From: Mobula birostris
Taxonomy: Eukaryota
Assembly: GCF_030028105.1 (NCBI RefSeq)
Contig: NC_092382.1
Span: 101,076,699 to 101,140,698 of the forward strand
Direction of reading: 5' to 3'
DNA: 64,000 bases
Both the position numbers and the translations under genes were made by a program. The notes beneath the pieces are model-generated. The model saw only the letters and a program-made list of their open reading frames with translations. It had not been told where the DNA came from and made no database searches. Below, in pieces: positions 11,747 to 24,150 of the stretch (position 1 is the first letter of the stretch; each line of letters begins with the position of its first letter).

Positions 11747-11800
<54 letters not shown>
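11747..11800. repeat. (CT)n microsatellite
   Basis: Directly visible pure dinucleotide run. Confidence 0.97.
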
Positions 11801-11805
<5 letters not shown>

Positions 11806-12082
11806 TTTCCGTATCTTTATCGCCCCCATTCGCTTTCCGCCGCTCTCTCTCTCTATGCCTCACTTGTTCACCTTTGCCCAAAAATATCCCTCGACATCAG
11901 CGATTTTCCCACCGGGTTCCCCGGGCCGCTCGGCTAATGTTAAAGGTCCATGGTCAAAAAGAAAACAGCAAAAAAGAAAACCGCTGCTCTAATCCTTTCC
12001 TATCCTTCTGTCTTTTCGTGTGTTGTTAATGTACTGGCCCCGACCACCTCCTCTGGCGGATCTTTCCAAGTAGATATCTCAT

Positions 12083-12194
12083 TGACGTCTGCGTATGACA
12101 ACACACTTGACTTTAACTTTAGCATGTCGGCAATCCTATACACCTCCTTCCTCCGCGACTACCAATGGCAAACAGTGGTGAGAGAGCAGCCAAT
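12083..12194 (+). promoter_or_regulatory. Putative V3 promoter: CRE-like TGACGTCT (12083-12090) and two CCAAT boxes (12162-12166, 12190-12194)
   Basis: The motifs lie 100-210 bp upstream of the leader ATG, and the same CRE-like octamer occurs at 4259. Confidence 0.5.
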
Positions 12195-12294
12195 GAGAGG
12201 ACGGAGAATGACTGCCCATCAGAAGGCGAGGATCTCGCGTTTCCACGTAAACCCCGACTCTCTGCTCACTGTTTAGAGAGGATTCGGCTGAAGG

Positions 12295-12331
12295 ATGTTC
12301 CTGTTAATCAGTCTCCTGATGTGGCTGCAAC
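12295..12331 (+). CDS. TRBV: Leader exon of TRBV segment 3
   Basis: MFLLISLLMWLQ plus 1 nt, then a GTAAG donor. Same length (37 nt) and phase as the V2 leader. Confidence 0.85.
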
Positions 12332-12992
12332 GTAAGAATCAGTCCTCGCAATAATTTCCACCGCTAATCGATTGTTTGTCGTTTTTTTAAAATCTTTATT
12401 TCTTTCGCGTAAATAATTTCCTCTGTCTCCTTCCGCAGATAACGTTTCCCCGTGTCATTTGTTCCGGAATCCGTATTGTCTTCCATTTCACACTCCCTTT
12501 CCACCTTCGAAGAAACATCTCTTGATTTTAATTCTCCGTCCTCTGTACCATAACGATCAGCGTAACGTTGTTTCGGTGTCTGCGACCCGCGTTCAATTCA
12601 CGCCTCTAAGGAGTTTGTACCTAGGGTTTCATCAGTTGCTCTGTTTTCCTCTCACATTAGAATTACTGACTTGTAGACATGCTATTTTGGCGCCAGAATC
12701 CTGGCGACACAATTGCGACTGCTTCGTTTTATTTCGGTTGTGAAATATGGACGGATTAGAAGGTTAGTTAGTTGTATTTGTGTAATTGGGAGGTGCAGGA
12801 TCTCTAACTTCTTCCAAGAAAAAAAATAATTTAAGTCGTAACCTCTTCCGATCTTGCTAATTTATCTTCCATTTTCCTTCATTCTTCTCTCTTTTACTTC
12901 ACTGTCCCCAACACAACTCCATTCCTGCGGGGACCCCTCCAGAATTTCTCTGCTCATTACTATCAATCAACCTCTCCCCATCTCTTTCTCAG

Positions 12993-13281
12993 CGCAGACC
13001 ATCGATCAAGTCCCGGCGGTGCTCTCGCGATCCCCCGGAGGGAAAGTGACGTTGACGTGCACCGTGAAAAACAGTAGTGATAACCCGTACATGTACTGGT
13101 ACAGACAGTTTCCCGGGTGGGGCTGGAAAACTTGTTCTATTCCAGCGTTGCAAAGGCTGTGAGTTCCGAAGAACCTGTGGACGGTTTTACCGCCCAGAGA
13201 CCAGACGGAAAGACATTCATTCTGAGCAACTCGAACATAGAACCGAAGAACTCGGCCGTATATTTCTGCGCGTGGAGTCTG
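12993..13281 (+). pseudogene. TRBV: TCR beta V segment 3, same subgroup as V2, with a 1-bp frameshift (pseudogene or assembly error)
   Basis: Reads QTIDQVPAVLSRSPGGKVTLTCTVKNSSDNPYMYWYRQFPG, shifts frame in the G-run at ~13118-13122, then resumes LENLFYSSVAKAVSSEEPVDGFTAQRPDGKTFILSNSNIEPKNSAVYFCAWSL. Confidence 0.9.
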
Positions 13282-13319
13282 CACAGTGGCTGAAAGAGAG
13301 GGGGCGCCCAACAACAACC
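13282..13319 (+). other. RSS of V3 with a 22-bp spacer
   Basis: Perfect CACAGTG (13282-13288), 22 bp, then ACAACAACC (13311-13319, 8/9). Confidence 0.85.
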
Positions 13320-14784
13320 CGCTGACGACGACAGGGAGCACCTGTCGGTGGAACGTGGAATTGCAGTTCGGTCAACCGTCAAAATTCAAAGTCAAAGTCG
13401 AGTTTATTGTGTTGCGGAAGAAGTGTGTTCTAAGTGAATCTGGCCGTGGAATGATTGCTGGTGGCAGATGGAGTAAATTGCCATTCTCATAATCTGCTGA
13501 ACTCCTGGGATTTTCACGCAGAGCAATCACTGGAGTTTACAGAAAATGCTGCAGCTGAGGTTGTACAGAAAACGCGTCAGGAATTCTATTGGGGGCGCAT
13601 GTGAAAAAAGTACCGGAAATGTATACTGCAGGCAGGGATGCTGTCTGCTGCAGTATAGTTAACATAACCTTGGCTAATGTGATGACCACTATTGGTCATT
13701 GGGGAATCAGGTCTATAGATCACTGAAAGCGGCGTCAGAGATGGCTGGTTGGCGGAAAAAAACACGTTCAGGGCGATTGTCATCCCAGTCAGGGCATTGT
13801 ATAGTAGATTGGATATTATTCCACATAGGTCAATGTCTTTGATCGGGCCTCACTTGGGATACAGTATACCTTTTACTTTGCTCTGTCATAGCGAAGGTGA
13901 GGTTAAAATTGAAAGAGAACAGAAAATACTCACGATTAATTTGACAGCATGAGAGAGCTTTGAGCCATGCGGAAGAGTTGGCAGGGTCTTTACTTAAAAA
14001 ATAATCTCTTATTAAAAATAAGCTTTTTTAAAGTATTGTAACATGCTTTGATCATCTGGATGATGAAGTTCTTTTCGATCGTGGAACAGGGAGTCCAAAC
14101 AGTGTGGATACGTGCTAAGGTTGAGAATGGGAAGCTTTTCAAGCAGAGGGTAGTGGAAACGAGTTGAATGAGCTAGGTACAAAATTGTCATCTGTGAAAC
14201 AAATGGGCGGATTAGGGGGAACGGCCGGAGCGGAAAATAGCCAAAATTCGGGAGGGCACACTGGCCAGCATGAACATGTCGGGCCGAAGGGTCAGTATCC
14301 ATGTCTCAGGATTCTTTGACTCTAATAAGCAGAAGTTTTCCTCAATTATACAGAACGCGATTACATGTCAGCGATCGAAAAGTAGCGTACAGCACACATG
14401 GTCTTGCTCGGACAGGGATTTCAGAATAGAAGCTGGTAAATCATGTTGCAGTTCTATAAAACGTTGATGAAGCCGTACTTGGAATACTGAGTACAGTATT
14501 TGGTCACTCTGCCAACGTGCGGTTGGGTTGAAACAAGGGTAGGAAAGATTGAAGGGCAGGTATCCAGCACTAGAGGGCTTGAAGTATGGAGACGTTAGGC
14601 CAGGGCCCGGTCTTTCTTACTTGGAACAAAACAGAATGAAGAACGAACTTTTAAATTTTGACAGACATGGAAGAGGTGTATGATAAGAGACTTTCTATAT
14701 AAGAGAGCCTAAGTCTCGTGGCCATCCGTTCAAGTTAGTGGGAGTGAGGATTAACAGGAAACTATAGTGGTCAACTTTTGCACG

Positions 14785-14844
14785 CCCTTCAGTCTCATGG
14801 CAAAGTTCACTCGGCGTTGTCAGGAGAGCATTAATCCTCCGTGA
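14785..14844 (+). pseudogene. Inverted remnant of a fourth GPR139-like gene (last 19 codons and stop), with its 3' flank to ~15460
   Basis: Encodes PFSLMAKFTRRCQESINPP*, versus PFCLMAKFTRPCQDSINPQ* in GPCR1. The following ~600 bp is the reverse complement of ~20530-21175. The 5' side is fused to CR1 sequence. Confidence 0.88.
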
Positions 14845-15459
14845 AGCTTCTCCCATACCGCCGAAACATATCTCATTTGTCTCTGGCATGTGCAGTTCTA
14901 CTGGGACTGTGGATGTCTCTGATTAGCTCCCGCCCTCCACCCCTCCATGCACCAACCCGATCGGGGAGGAGGCTCCAAACGGCCTCCACTCTGCTTCTTC
15001 CAGTTTAGTATCTTCACGTGTTCTCTGGACTGTCTCCCTCAGTTCCACCAAGTGGGTGAGTCTACTGTTATTTGCATGCGAAGCTTAGACATCAGCATCG
15101 CAAAACGACCTATGTGCGCTGCCGCTACTTCGTCCGCCCAGTGTAACTGCATCTCCTTCCTCTGGCGACCCCTATTGGTTCCTTAGAACAATTCAGCAAT
15201 GCTGGTTATCGTGCACAAACTGTAAGTCTGCACTTGCATCGGAGTTCTTTGGCGATCTGACTGCCACCTCGAGAAAAATTCAGTAACTTACACTCGGCAA
15301 ACCACTCATTCAATCGCCGTCCGTCCGTGCCAAGCGGCCATTGCCATCGCAATGCCTTCTGGGAAATTAAAGCCATTCTTGGACACTTTGTGTAGCGGTG
15401 GTCCTATCTGTCGAATTGGTTTGAGTACATTGGGTATGTGGGAAGGAGACTGCTGAGCA

Positions 15460-16650
15460 AAGTTGTCTTATCCAACTTGATGCTTTCCAAAAGCTCCAGC
15501 ACATCCTCTTCCTTCATATCACCAGTCTCACGCTTTTCAGTCCACTGCAAGTTATCCCTGCAATCGCCAAGATCCTTTTCCGTAGCGAATACTGAAGCAA
15601 AGTATTCATTGGATAACTATGCTCTCTCCTCCCGTTGCATACGTATTTTTCCACTGTCACACTTGATTGGTCCTATTCTGTCACGCCTCAGCCTTTTGCT
15701 CTTCATATACTTGTATAATGCCTTTGGGGTTTTCCTTTATCCTGTCCGCCAAGGACGATTCATGGCCCCTTCTCTCTCCCTTCATTTCATTATTAAGCTC
15801 CTTCCTGTTTGCCATACAATCTTCTATATCTCTATCATTACATCGTTTTTTTGAACCTTTAGTAAGCTATTCTATTCTTCTTGATTAGATTTACAACAGC
15901 CTTTGCACACCTGCAATCCTTTCCCTGCAGAACTCCATGTAAATATCCCCTGAGACATTTGCCACATTTCCTCCGGATGTTTCCTTGAGAACATCTGTTT
16001 CCAATTTATGCCTGATGGCCTTATATTTCCCCTTACTCCAAGCAAACGCTTCCCTAACTTGTCTATCCTATCCATCTCCAATGTTGTGGTGAAGGAGATA
16101 GAATTGTGATCACTGTCCCAAAAATGTTCCCTCATTGAGAAACAAGGCACCTGACCAGGCTATTTTCCCAATAACAGATCAGGTACAGCTTCTGCACTTG
16201 TACGCTCATCTACATATTGTGTCAAGAAACCTTCCTGAAAACACTTAACCAACTCCGCCCCAACTAAATCCGTTACTCCAGGAAGATGCAAAAGAATAAT
16301 TGAATAATTAAAATCTCCCACCACAGCAACCCTGTTATAATTACACCTTTGCCGAATCTGTTTCGCTATCAGCTCCCAGATGTCCCTGTTGCTATCGGCT
16401 GCTCTGTAAAAGCACACAGTAGAGTCACTGACCCCTTCCTATTCCTAACTTTCTCTCACAGAGACTCCGTTGACGTCTTGCTGCTTTTCCTGCACCCACC
16501 TTTGCCCCCCTCCCCGTCTTTTCTGAATCAGCTAAAGCCTGGCACTTGAAGTAGCCATTCCTGCCCCTGAACCATCCAAATCTCTTCAATAGCCACACCA
16601 TCATTGCTCCATTCACCAAGACTGTGTCAGTTTAGGAAATACTGCATGAG
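15460..16650 (-). mobile_element. CR1 LINE ORF2 (endonuclease/RT) fragment
   Basis: Encodes VAVVGDFNY, VKCFQEGFLTQYV and DLLLG, CR1 endonuclease motifs. Confidence 0.8.
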
Positions 16651-19089
16651 GACTCTCAAGTCCCATAGCAGCTCTGACTTCTGCCTTTTTTTCCTGATCT
16701 ATAACATAGTCTACATACTTATTAGTTCTACCAAAATGTATGACCATTCAGTTCACGACGCTCAGTTGAACTGACTTTATTTCTCACATAGTTCACATAC
16801 TTGAGGACGAAAAACCTTTACGACTCCGTCTAAATGTGAAATGTGTAATCATAGTCATTTATAATAATTTTGTACCTTAGAATGCAGTCAAATGAGCGTG
16901 AACTTATCGGACTGAGGGCCTGGTGGAAGAACATGTCCCGGAGCCTATTGGTCTTGGATTTTCTGCGGTGGGACGGTGTGGAAAACCACTAACCACCAGC
17001 AGCCAACCAGGAAAGCCTCCTTTTATTTCTTCTCCTTGTGTCCTGACAATCATCCACTGTTTTATCCATTGTATCCATCGCAGAGCCTGATTGGATACTT
17101 GTCTCTTCTCTCGTTTGTCGACATTTATTTTACTTCCCTTCACATCCTAAAATTGGTTTCGCTTGCCAACAAATGCTGAGAAACTCCAATTAATGCAGTC
17201 GTAGTCACGGAGCACGTATACAGCCCGTCGGATCAACCAATGAATGCCGAGGTCATATTGCTCTGATTCCCACCCCTCCAAGTACCTCCACATTTGTTTC
17301 TTAACTGATACTATCGTCTCTTTCTCAACCACTCTCACTGGTATGTTTACACTTACTCTGAACTCCATCTACGTTACGTATTTGCCCTTCCGTTGGCAAC
17401 TGAAACTCTCTCTCTTATCTCTCGATCATATTTTACCTGCATTTGCCTCTTGGTGTTTCAGCTCGTTCCCGTAACACGATATTCTTGAGAAATTTTCTTT
17501 AATCTGCCCTCCTCCATCACCTGAATGCATGGCCACAAGATTTAGATTCCCCTGTCTTGGATCGCGAAAGACTCTTATCATCCACCTTGACTACGTCTGT
17601 GCAACTTTAAAAGAAAGTGCTCCAAGTCCGTCCCTCATTCTATTAAGTTCCAAGTAACAAAGTCCCGACATGGTCTACCAGTCTCCATACCTCAAGCCTT
17701 CTTGTGCAGGGTGCATGTCCGTCAATCTTTTCTCCACTTATTCCTGACCAACCGCACCTTTGCATGGTGACCAAATACAGTACTCAGTTTTACGAGTGCG
17801 CCCTCATCAACGGCTCAAAGAACTGCGACATGATCTCAAAGCGACTCTCCTGAAATCCGTGTCTGAGCAAGCCTGGCGGACTGAACGCTACTTTTCTATT
17901 GCTGACATGGAATAGCTTTCTGAATAATTATCGAGAACATCTGCTTGCAGTCCGAGTCCAAGGACACTCAAAGCTGCTGTGCAGGTTGACCCTGTGGTGA
18001 AGAAGGCTTAAATATGACCTACCAACTGTCAGTTTTCTATCTATCCCCTAACGAATCCTTTTTGCTTTTAGAATGAGAGTGTCCTTCCATTTTCTTCACA
18101 GACACATGTCTGTCTCAGCTTCTGCAGGCAGTTGTGCAGAACAAGCCGTCGGGTATAATCAGGGCAGAGGCTGATCGTTTCTTGATAGGCCAGGGTAAGA
18201 AGAGTTACGGGGCAAAGCTGGAGATTTGGGCTGAGAGGAAAATTGGATCAGCCGTGATAAACTACAGAGCAGACTCGATGTGCCAAATTGGCATAATTCT
18301 GCTCCAATATCTCATGGTCTGATGATCTGAATGTCAGGATAGTTTGGTGGGCCATCCAATTCCTTGCGCGATTTGATCAAGGGGTAGGTGGTTATGTAGA
18401 TGAAAGACGCGTTAGCCTTCATTTAAGGAGAGCTGGACACAGCTGGACTATTTTCTCCAGAACGGCGGTCCGCAGGAGCAAATATCGGCCGTTGTCCCAT
18501 TGCATCCATGAAAGAAAATCGCATATATGCTGCCTGTTCAGCTGAGTTTCTCCAGCATTTTGTGTGTGTTAACTTTCCAACATCAGTAGAGCTCCTGTGT
18601 TTATGATTTGCTGCTGCATTGCAAAGTTTTCACGGGGCACACCTACCTTGGAGAAATTTAAATCCTCATTTCAAAAGGAGTTCATTGAGAGTCTCTCTCA
18701 CTGATCCCCCTCTGGCCTATCAGATTCCTTCCTCACCCACCCTTTTCCTCCCCCAACCGACGGGCTTCACCTATCATATTCTTACTATATTTCTCCTCCT
18801 CCTCCACTACACACACTTCCAAGTCATGTGTCTTCCCCCACCCTTTCGAGTCCTGAAGAAAGGTCTTGGCGAAAACATTGACAGCTCATTCATTTCCATA
18901 GACGTTGAGATCCTCCAACATCATGAAAGAATATAGTACACTCTCTATTTTTAATCTCCAACCGAAAATCTTGTCTGCTCCACCGTTCCGTCATGGCTGA
19001 TTTACGATCCCCCCCAAACGCATTCCCCTACCTTCTCCCGTAACTTTTCACGGCTTCAATCATCAGAAGCCTTTCAAACTCCGTTTTAA

Positions 19090-19330
19090 AGGTGCCCAAC
19101 AACTCGGCCTCTCGTCTGTTCTGTTCATCTGACTTACCATTATTCTCCAGCTGGAGAAACACGATCTCCCCTTTCGTCCATTGTCAACTCTCCTCAGCTT
19201 CCCTCTTCTCGGTTCCCTTCCCTCTTCCACCTATCTCCTCACAGGATCTTACTTCTCCCCCATCGGCCCACTCTCGTCACCTTATTTTCCCTACCACCTG
19301 TCAGTTTGTAATCCATCCCCTGATCCCGAG
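19090..19330 (+). mobile_element. Penelope-like element 3' remnant
   Basis: Encodes QLEKHDLPFR (compare KLEEQHLIFR of the GIY-YIG tail), followed by a pyrimidine-rich tail. Confidence 0.45.
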
Positions 19331-21174
19331 AACACACACGGCCCCTTGCCGTTCCCAATCTAGCTCCAAATTGTCATTTGCTCATTCCTTAATTTAGAAT
19401 CGAGAACGTGGAATAGTACAGACACAGGAACAGACCCTGAGCCCTACAATGTCGTGTTGAACCAGTTACTGTAGTAACCAAGTGGCTAACTGATCGTTTC
19501 AGCTTACACAATGAGCATTTATTTCCATTAATTTTACTCATGTGCACATGCCTATCGGAGCCCGTCTTAAAAGTTACAAATCATTGTGCCTCCACCACCA
19601 GTCCAGGAACAGCATCCCAATCACCTGCTACTCTCTGTGTGAAGGTACCATTTGAAATGACCACGGCCTTAACTTTAATTTCTCCGGCACTTGCGTATGT
19701 CTTGAAATATATTTTCTTTGTGTGTTGTCTGCAAGATTATTAATCAGTCTCTCTGCATTCATTCGAGACAGTTATGTATGTACAGAAACCCCGTAACCAC
19801 TCCCTGTTAACTACTGCCTATTGTCTGTTCTTTGTGCGATATGTTTAAAATGCGATCCCTGGGTTACCATGTTGAAATGTCTGCATTGCTCTTTGCCGCC
19901 TTCTAGCGGCATACGAATCTCTGTTTTATTATGTTTGCATATGAATGTATCAAACAGTGGGGTTACTGAATTACCTGTTCACGAACGGGTGCTTCGGTCC
20001 AAGTCGACCACGCTGAACATTTTTCTTATACCTCAACATCAGCAATCTTGGTGTTCTCTACTTTTTCTCTATATTCGTAAAAAATATAACCTTTTCACAA
20101 ATCCTCTATCGTTTCGAAGCAATGTAGAGACCGAACTGTTGTATTAGTTTGACAAAGTTGTCAGTTCTCGGGCTAATTTGACAACCCATGCGCACTTTTA
20201 CCAAGCTTCCTCAACATCCACAACCCCATCACGTTTCGGGTCCTCTGCAAGCGTATTTATGTGTCACCTATATTTTCATCCAAGTCAAACGCCAGAGAAT
20301 CTCCAACGCATGTCAAATGCAGACTGCAGAATGGTTGCCCTCTACCACGACCCTCTGTGCACAATCTCCGCACCAAATTTGAATGGATGCTGTGCCCTGA
20401 AGCTTCGTTTTCTGGATCACCCTACCCGTTAAGGGTCCTTCTGCAAAGTCTGACATATAGTTCATTCTCAACGGTCGAGCCTCAGGTGCCGAATCTCAAT
20501 AAATAAATAGACACCCGGTGTCTTTTCCTCAACAATCACCTTCCCCACATAACCAATGTACTCAATCCAATTCGACAGATTGACCGCCACTGCACCAAGT
20601 GTTCAAGAATTTATTTGATTTCTCAGAAGGCATTGCGATGGCAATTGGTGCTTCAGACGTACGAACGACGATTGGACGAGTGGTTTTACGAGTGCGAGTT
20701 ACTGAAATATTCCCTGGGTGACAGAGAATGTCGAAAGAACTCCGGAACAAATGGAGATTTGCAGACTTTCCACGCCAACTAGTCTCCCCGATCCGTTCAA
20801 AGGCTGGGGTTCCTGGAACCAAAACTCTCGGCACAGGAAAGCTATTGAGCTGCATCGGGCGTACCTGGGCAGGCGTTCGGGACGCACGGAATAACGGCAG
20901 GGGGCAACGGTCGTATTACATTGGTGATGTCAAAGCTTCGCATGCAAATAACGGTGGAATCAACCACTTGGTGGAAATGAGGGGAGGCATTACAGGCAAC
21001 TCGTGAAGAAAGTAAACTGGAAGGAGCACAGTGGAGGCAGATTGGAAACAGGTCACCGATGGTGCTCGTGCATGGACAAGGGGAGGCGGGAGGTATCGGG
21101 GCTGTCAACAACCCCACTGGAACTGCACATGCCACTGAAGAGACGGGGTATTTTGCGGAAGTAAGGGAGAAGCG

Positions 21175-22091
21175 TCACTGAGGATTAATGCTGTCCTGAC
21201 AAGGCCGAGTGAACTTTGCCATGAGACAAAACGGCGATTTCACCGTCTCCTTCAGCTGCAGCCTGAACCTGGCCTGGATCACGACGTAAAGGGCCGTGTT
21301 GGTGCAGCAGCTCAGAATTTGCAGCATGCATCCCAGCTCCCGCAGAGAATTCGGGGGTATCACGTATGAGTAATAAATCAAGCTATCCCATACGGAATAC
21401 ACCGTTAGCAGCACCCACAGCAGGATGAAATTCCCCGACATCACCAGCAGTAACTGGAGGGATTGCCTGCGGTTCTTCATCTCCGGGTCGGCGGGAGTCT
21501 CGCCATCGCCCGAACCACGGAGTCTCCTCCGGACTCGGCTGGCCAGTAAGACATGTCTGATTGTTAAACTGCTGAGCAGGAGAATCAAGACAAAGGGGAA
21601 TATTGGTGTGAGGAAATAATGAATCAGTTCAAATGTTGCCTCCTGAGATAGGGAAAAGAAACCACGTCCACTCAGACAGAGCAAGGAAGTAAATGACATC
21701 GAATATGTCCCGTCGAGCATAAAGTACCAGAATATGTTCATTACGCAGGTCAGCACAGTCACTGTCCAGAGAACCAGAGCCGCCGCTCTCCCGGTGCCGT
21801 ATTTTCGTTTCAGCTTCTGAAGACAAATGGTGACAAACCGATCAAAGGTGAAAGTGACGGTGAACCAGACAGAACAGTCCGTGGCGGCGTAGAACACGAC
21901 GGTGTGGATATTACACACGGGAACGCGATGCGACCAAAAGAAAACCTTCATTGGCATCGTGATCTTGCTCAATACCAGATCGAAGAGAACGACGAGCTGA
22001 TCCGCTGCTACCATGGCAACCAGGTACCTTGTGATGCCTTCGGAGAGACCGCACTTTCCCCGAGACAGGATGACTATTGTCATTAGGTTAA
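21175..22091 (-). CDS. GPR139-like class A GPCR copy 1, exon 2 (TM1 end to stop); spliced protein 365 aa
   Basis: Acceptor ...ccgcacag|TT at 22092-22093. The open frame runs VNLMTIVILSRGKCGLS...FTFDRFV...DPEMKNRRQS...LSCCTNTALY...SINPQ*, with a 7TM hydrophobic pattern and the TM3/ECL2 cysteines. Confidence 0.93.
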
Positions 22092-22279
22092 CTGTGCGGA
22101 GGGCAATAAAGACCAGTAACACACATTTGGATGGAAACATCCTCTGAAAACAATATTTTAATCGACAGCACTTCCGAGAGCATAGATGGATTGGAATCAA
22201 ATGGATTGGATTGAATTGGGAGACATTAACAAATCGGTGGTGATTATAATATGGCTACTGTAGTTCAGGATAATGAGGA

Positions 22280-24150
22280 GAATTTCACTGAAACCTAGCG
22301 AACATTGAAAGGCCGAGATATCGTGGACATCGAGAGCGTAGTTTCTGTAGTGGGGGAGTCTGCACTTGAAGACGAGGTTTCACAATAGAAGGGCTCACCT
22401 TGGAACAGAGCCGGGGAAACATTCTTTACCCAGAGGCTGTTGAATGTGTGGAATTCATCGCCAGAGACAGATATGGTGGCCAATTCACTGGAATCATGTG
22501 CAGAGGACAGTGATGGGCTCTTGATTCAACGGGGCGCCGATGACTACGGGACTGGGCGCCAGAGTGTGGTTGAGAGGGATAATAAATCAGCTATGATAGA
22601 ATGGGGGAGAAGGCTCGGTGCTCGAATGACCGAATTTAGCTCCCAAGCCTCATGGACTAAGCAGTGATAACAACGCATGGCTGGAATGCACTCTGAACTT
22701 TGGAAACTGAAGAAGGAGGTACAGACGGGAGGTGTTAAGAGAATAACGAACTGATTAATGTACCAGTGATCACGGTGACAGAAATTCAACACCCCCCATC
22801 TGTAAACACGGGAGAAGATGAGAATATAAGAACATTAGTAATAGGAGCAGGAATAGACCATCTGTTCAGACTGGCATGCTCCGGCAATGAAAATGAACAT
22901 CACTGATCTAACCATGCATTCATCGCCTCGTACCTAACTATTCCTCACAGCCCTTAATTCATCTAATGCAAAAGCTATGGCAGCCAGTCTTAAATATCTT
23001 TATTGATGTAGCCTCCACTACTTCCTTGAGCAGAGAATTCCACACATTCACCAGTCTCTGAGAGGAGAAGTTCCTGCTCATCCCGGTACTAAATTTACTC
23101 CCCAGAATCCTCAGGCTATGTCCCGTAGCTCTAGACGCACCTACCAGTGGAAACAACTTTCCTGACGCTATATTATCTATCCCTTCCAGGACTTTATATG
23201 TTTCTAGAAGATTTCCTCTCATTCTTCTGAGCTCCAGCGTGCACGATCCCAGTCGACTCAATTTCCCCTCATTCTCGGACCACCTCATCTCTGGAATCAA
23301 CTGGTGAACCGCCTGCATAGCCAGTTTATCCGTCGTCAAGTCAGGAGTCGAGAGGCGCACAGTACTCCAAATGTCGCCTCACCAGTACCTTGCGCATTTG
23401 CAGCATAACCTCCCTGTTCTTAAACTCAATCCCTCTGGCAACAAAGACTAATTTGCCTTCTTCATAGCCTGCTGCACCGGCAAACTACCATTTTGTGATT
23501 CAAGCACAAGCGCTCCAAAGTCCCTTCGCACAGCAACATGCTGCTATCGTTTACCACTGAAATAACATGCTGTGCTGAAAATTGCCCGTCCCAAGTAGAT
23601 GACCTCGCATTTACCAACCTTGCACTCCATCTGCCAGACGCTGGTACATTCGATGAACATATTAATATCCCTCTGCATGATGTCAGCTTCCTCTGCACTC
23701 TTTGTGTCGGCGATAAATAAACGCAGTGATAATTCCCACGTGACCTTATGCTATTTAACAGGTGAGACGTTGGAGCGACTTAATTATTTGTTTAATTCCG
23801 TTAATACTATATTCTACCATTGTATTTGACCTACGGAAAAGAACGACCTCACACTTATATGTGTTGAACTCCATCTGCCTCTTTTTAACGCAGTTTTGCA
23901 TCCTATCAATGCCCCTCTGTAAGGTCGCACAGCCCTCAACATTATCCACAACACCCACGACTTTAGGTCATCAGCATATTTACTAACCCATCGTTCCACC
24001 TCCTTACCCAGGTCATTTGTAAAAATAAGGAAGAGTACCTGTGCCAGAACAGATCGCTGAGGCACAACACTGGTCAACGCAGAACACGACAGTCTGCAAC
24101 AACACTCTTCATTCTGTGGGTAAGTCAGTTCTGGACCCACATAGCAATGT
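22280..24150. mobile_element. Old CR1 fragments in both orientations inside the GPCR intron, shared by all three GPCR introns
   Basis: CR1 3' motifs (LELRRMRGNLLETYKVLEGID; VPQRSVL...LIFTNDL) recur at ~40300-42560 and ~60030-62540. Confidence 0.8.

Noticed and set aside
11523-12029. ORFs with SLSLSL or ERERER runs
   Set aside because: Translation artefacts of the (CT)n microsatellite.
22092-22200. N-terminal parts of the single-exon ORF calls 21175-22200, 39186-40241 and 58908-59882
   Set aside because: These are intron read-through upstream of a conserved acceptor. The true N-terminus is the 181-nt exon 2.3-3.0 kb away.
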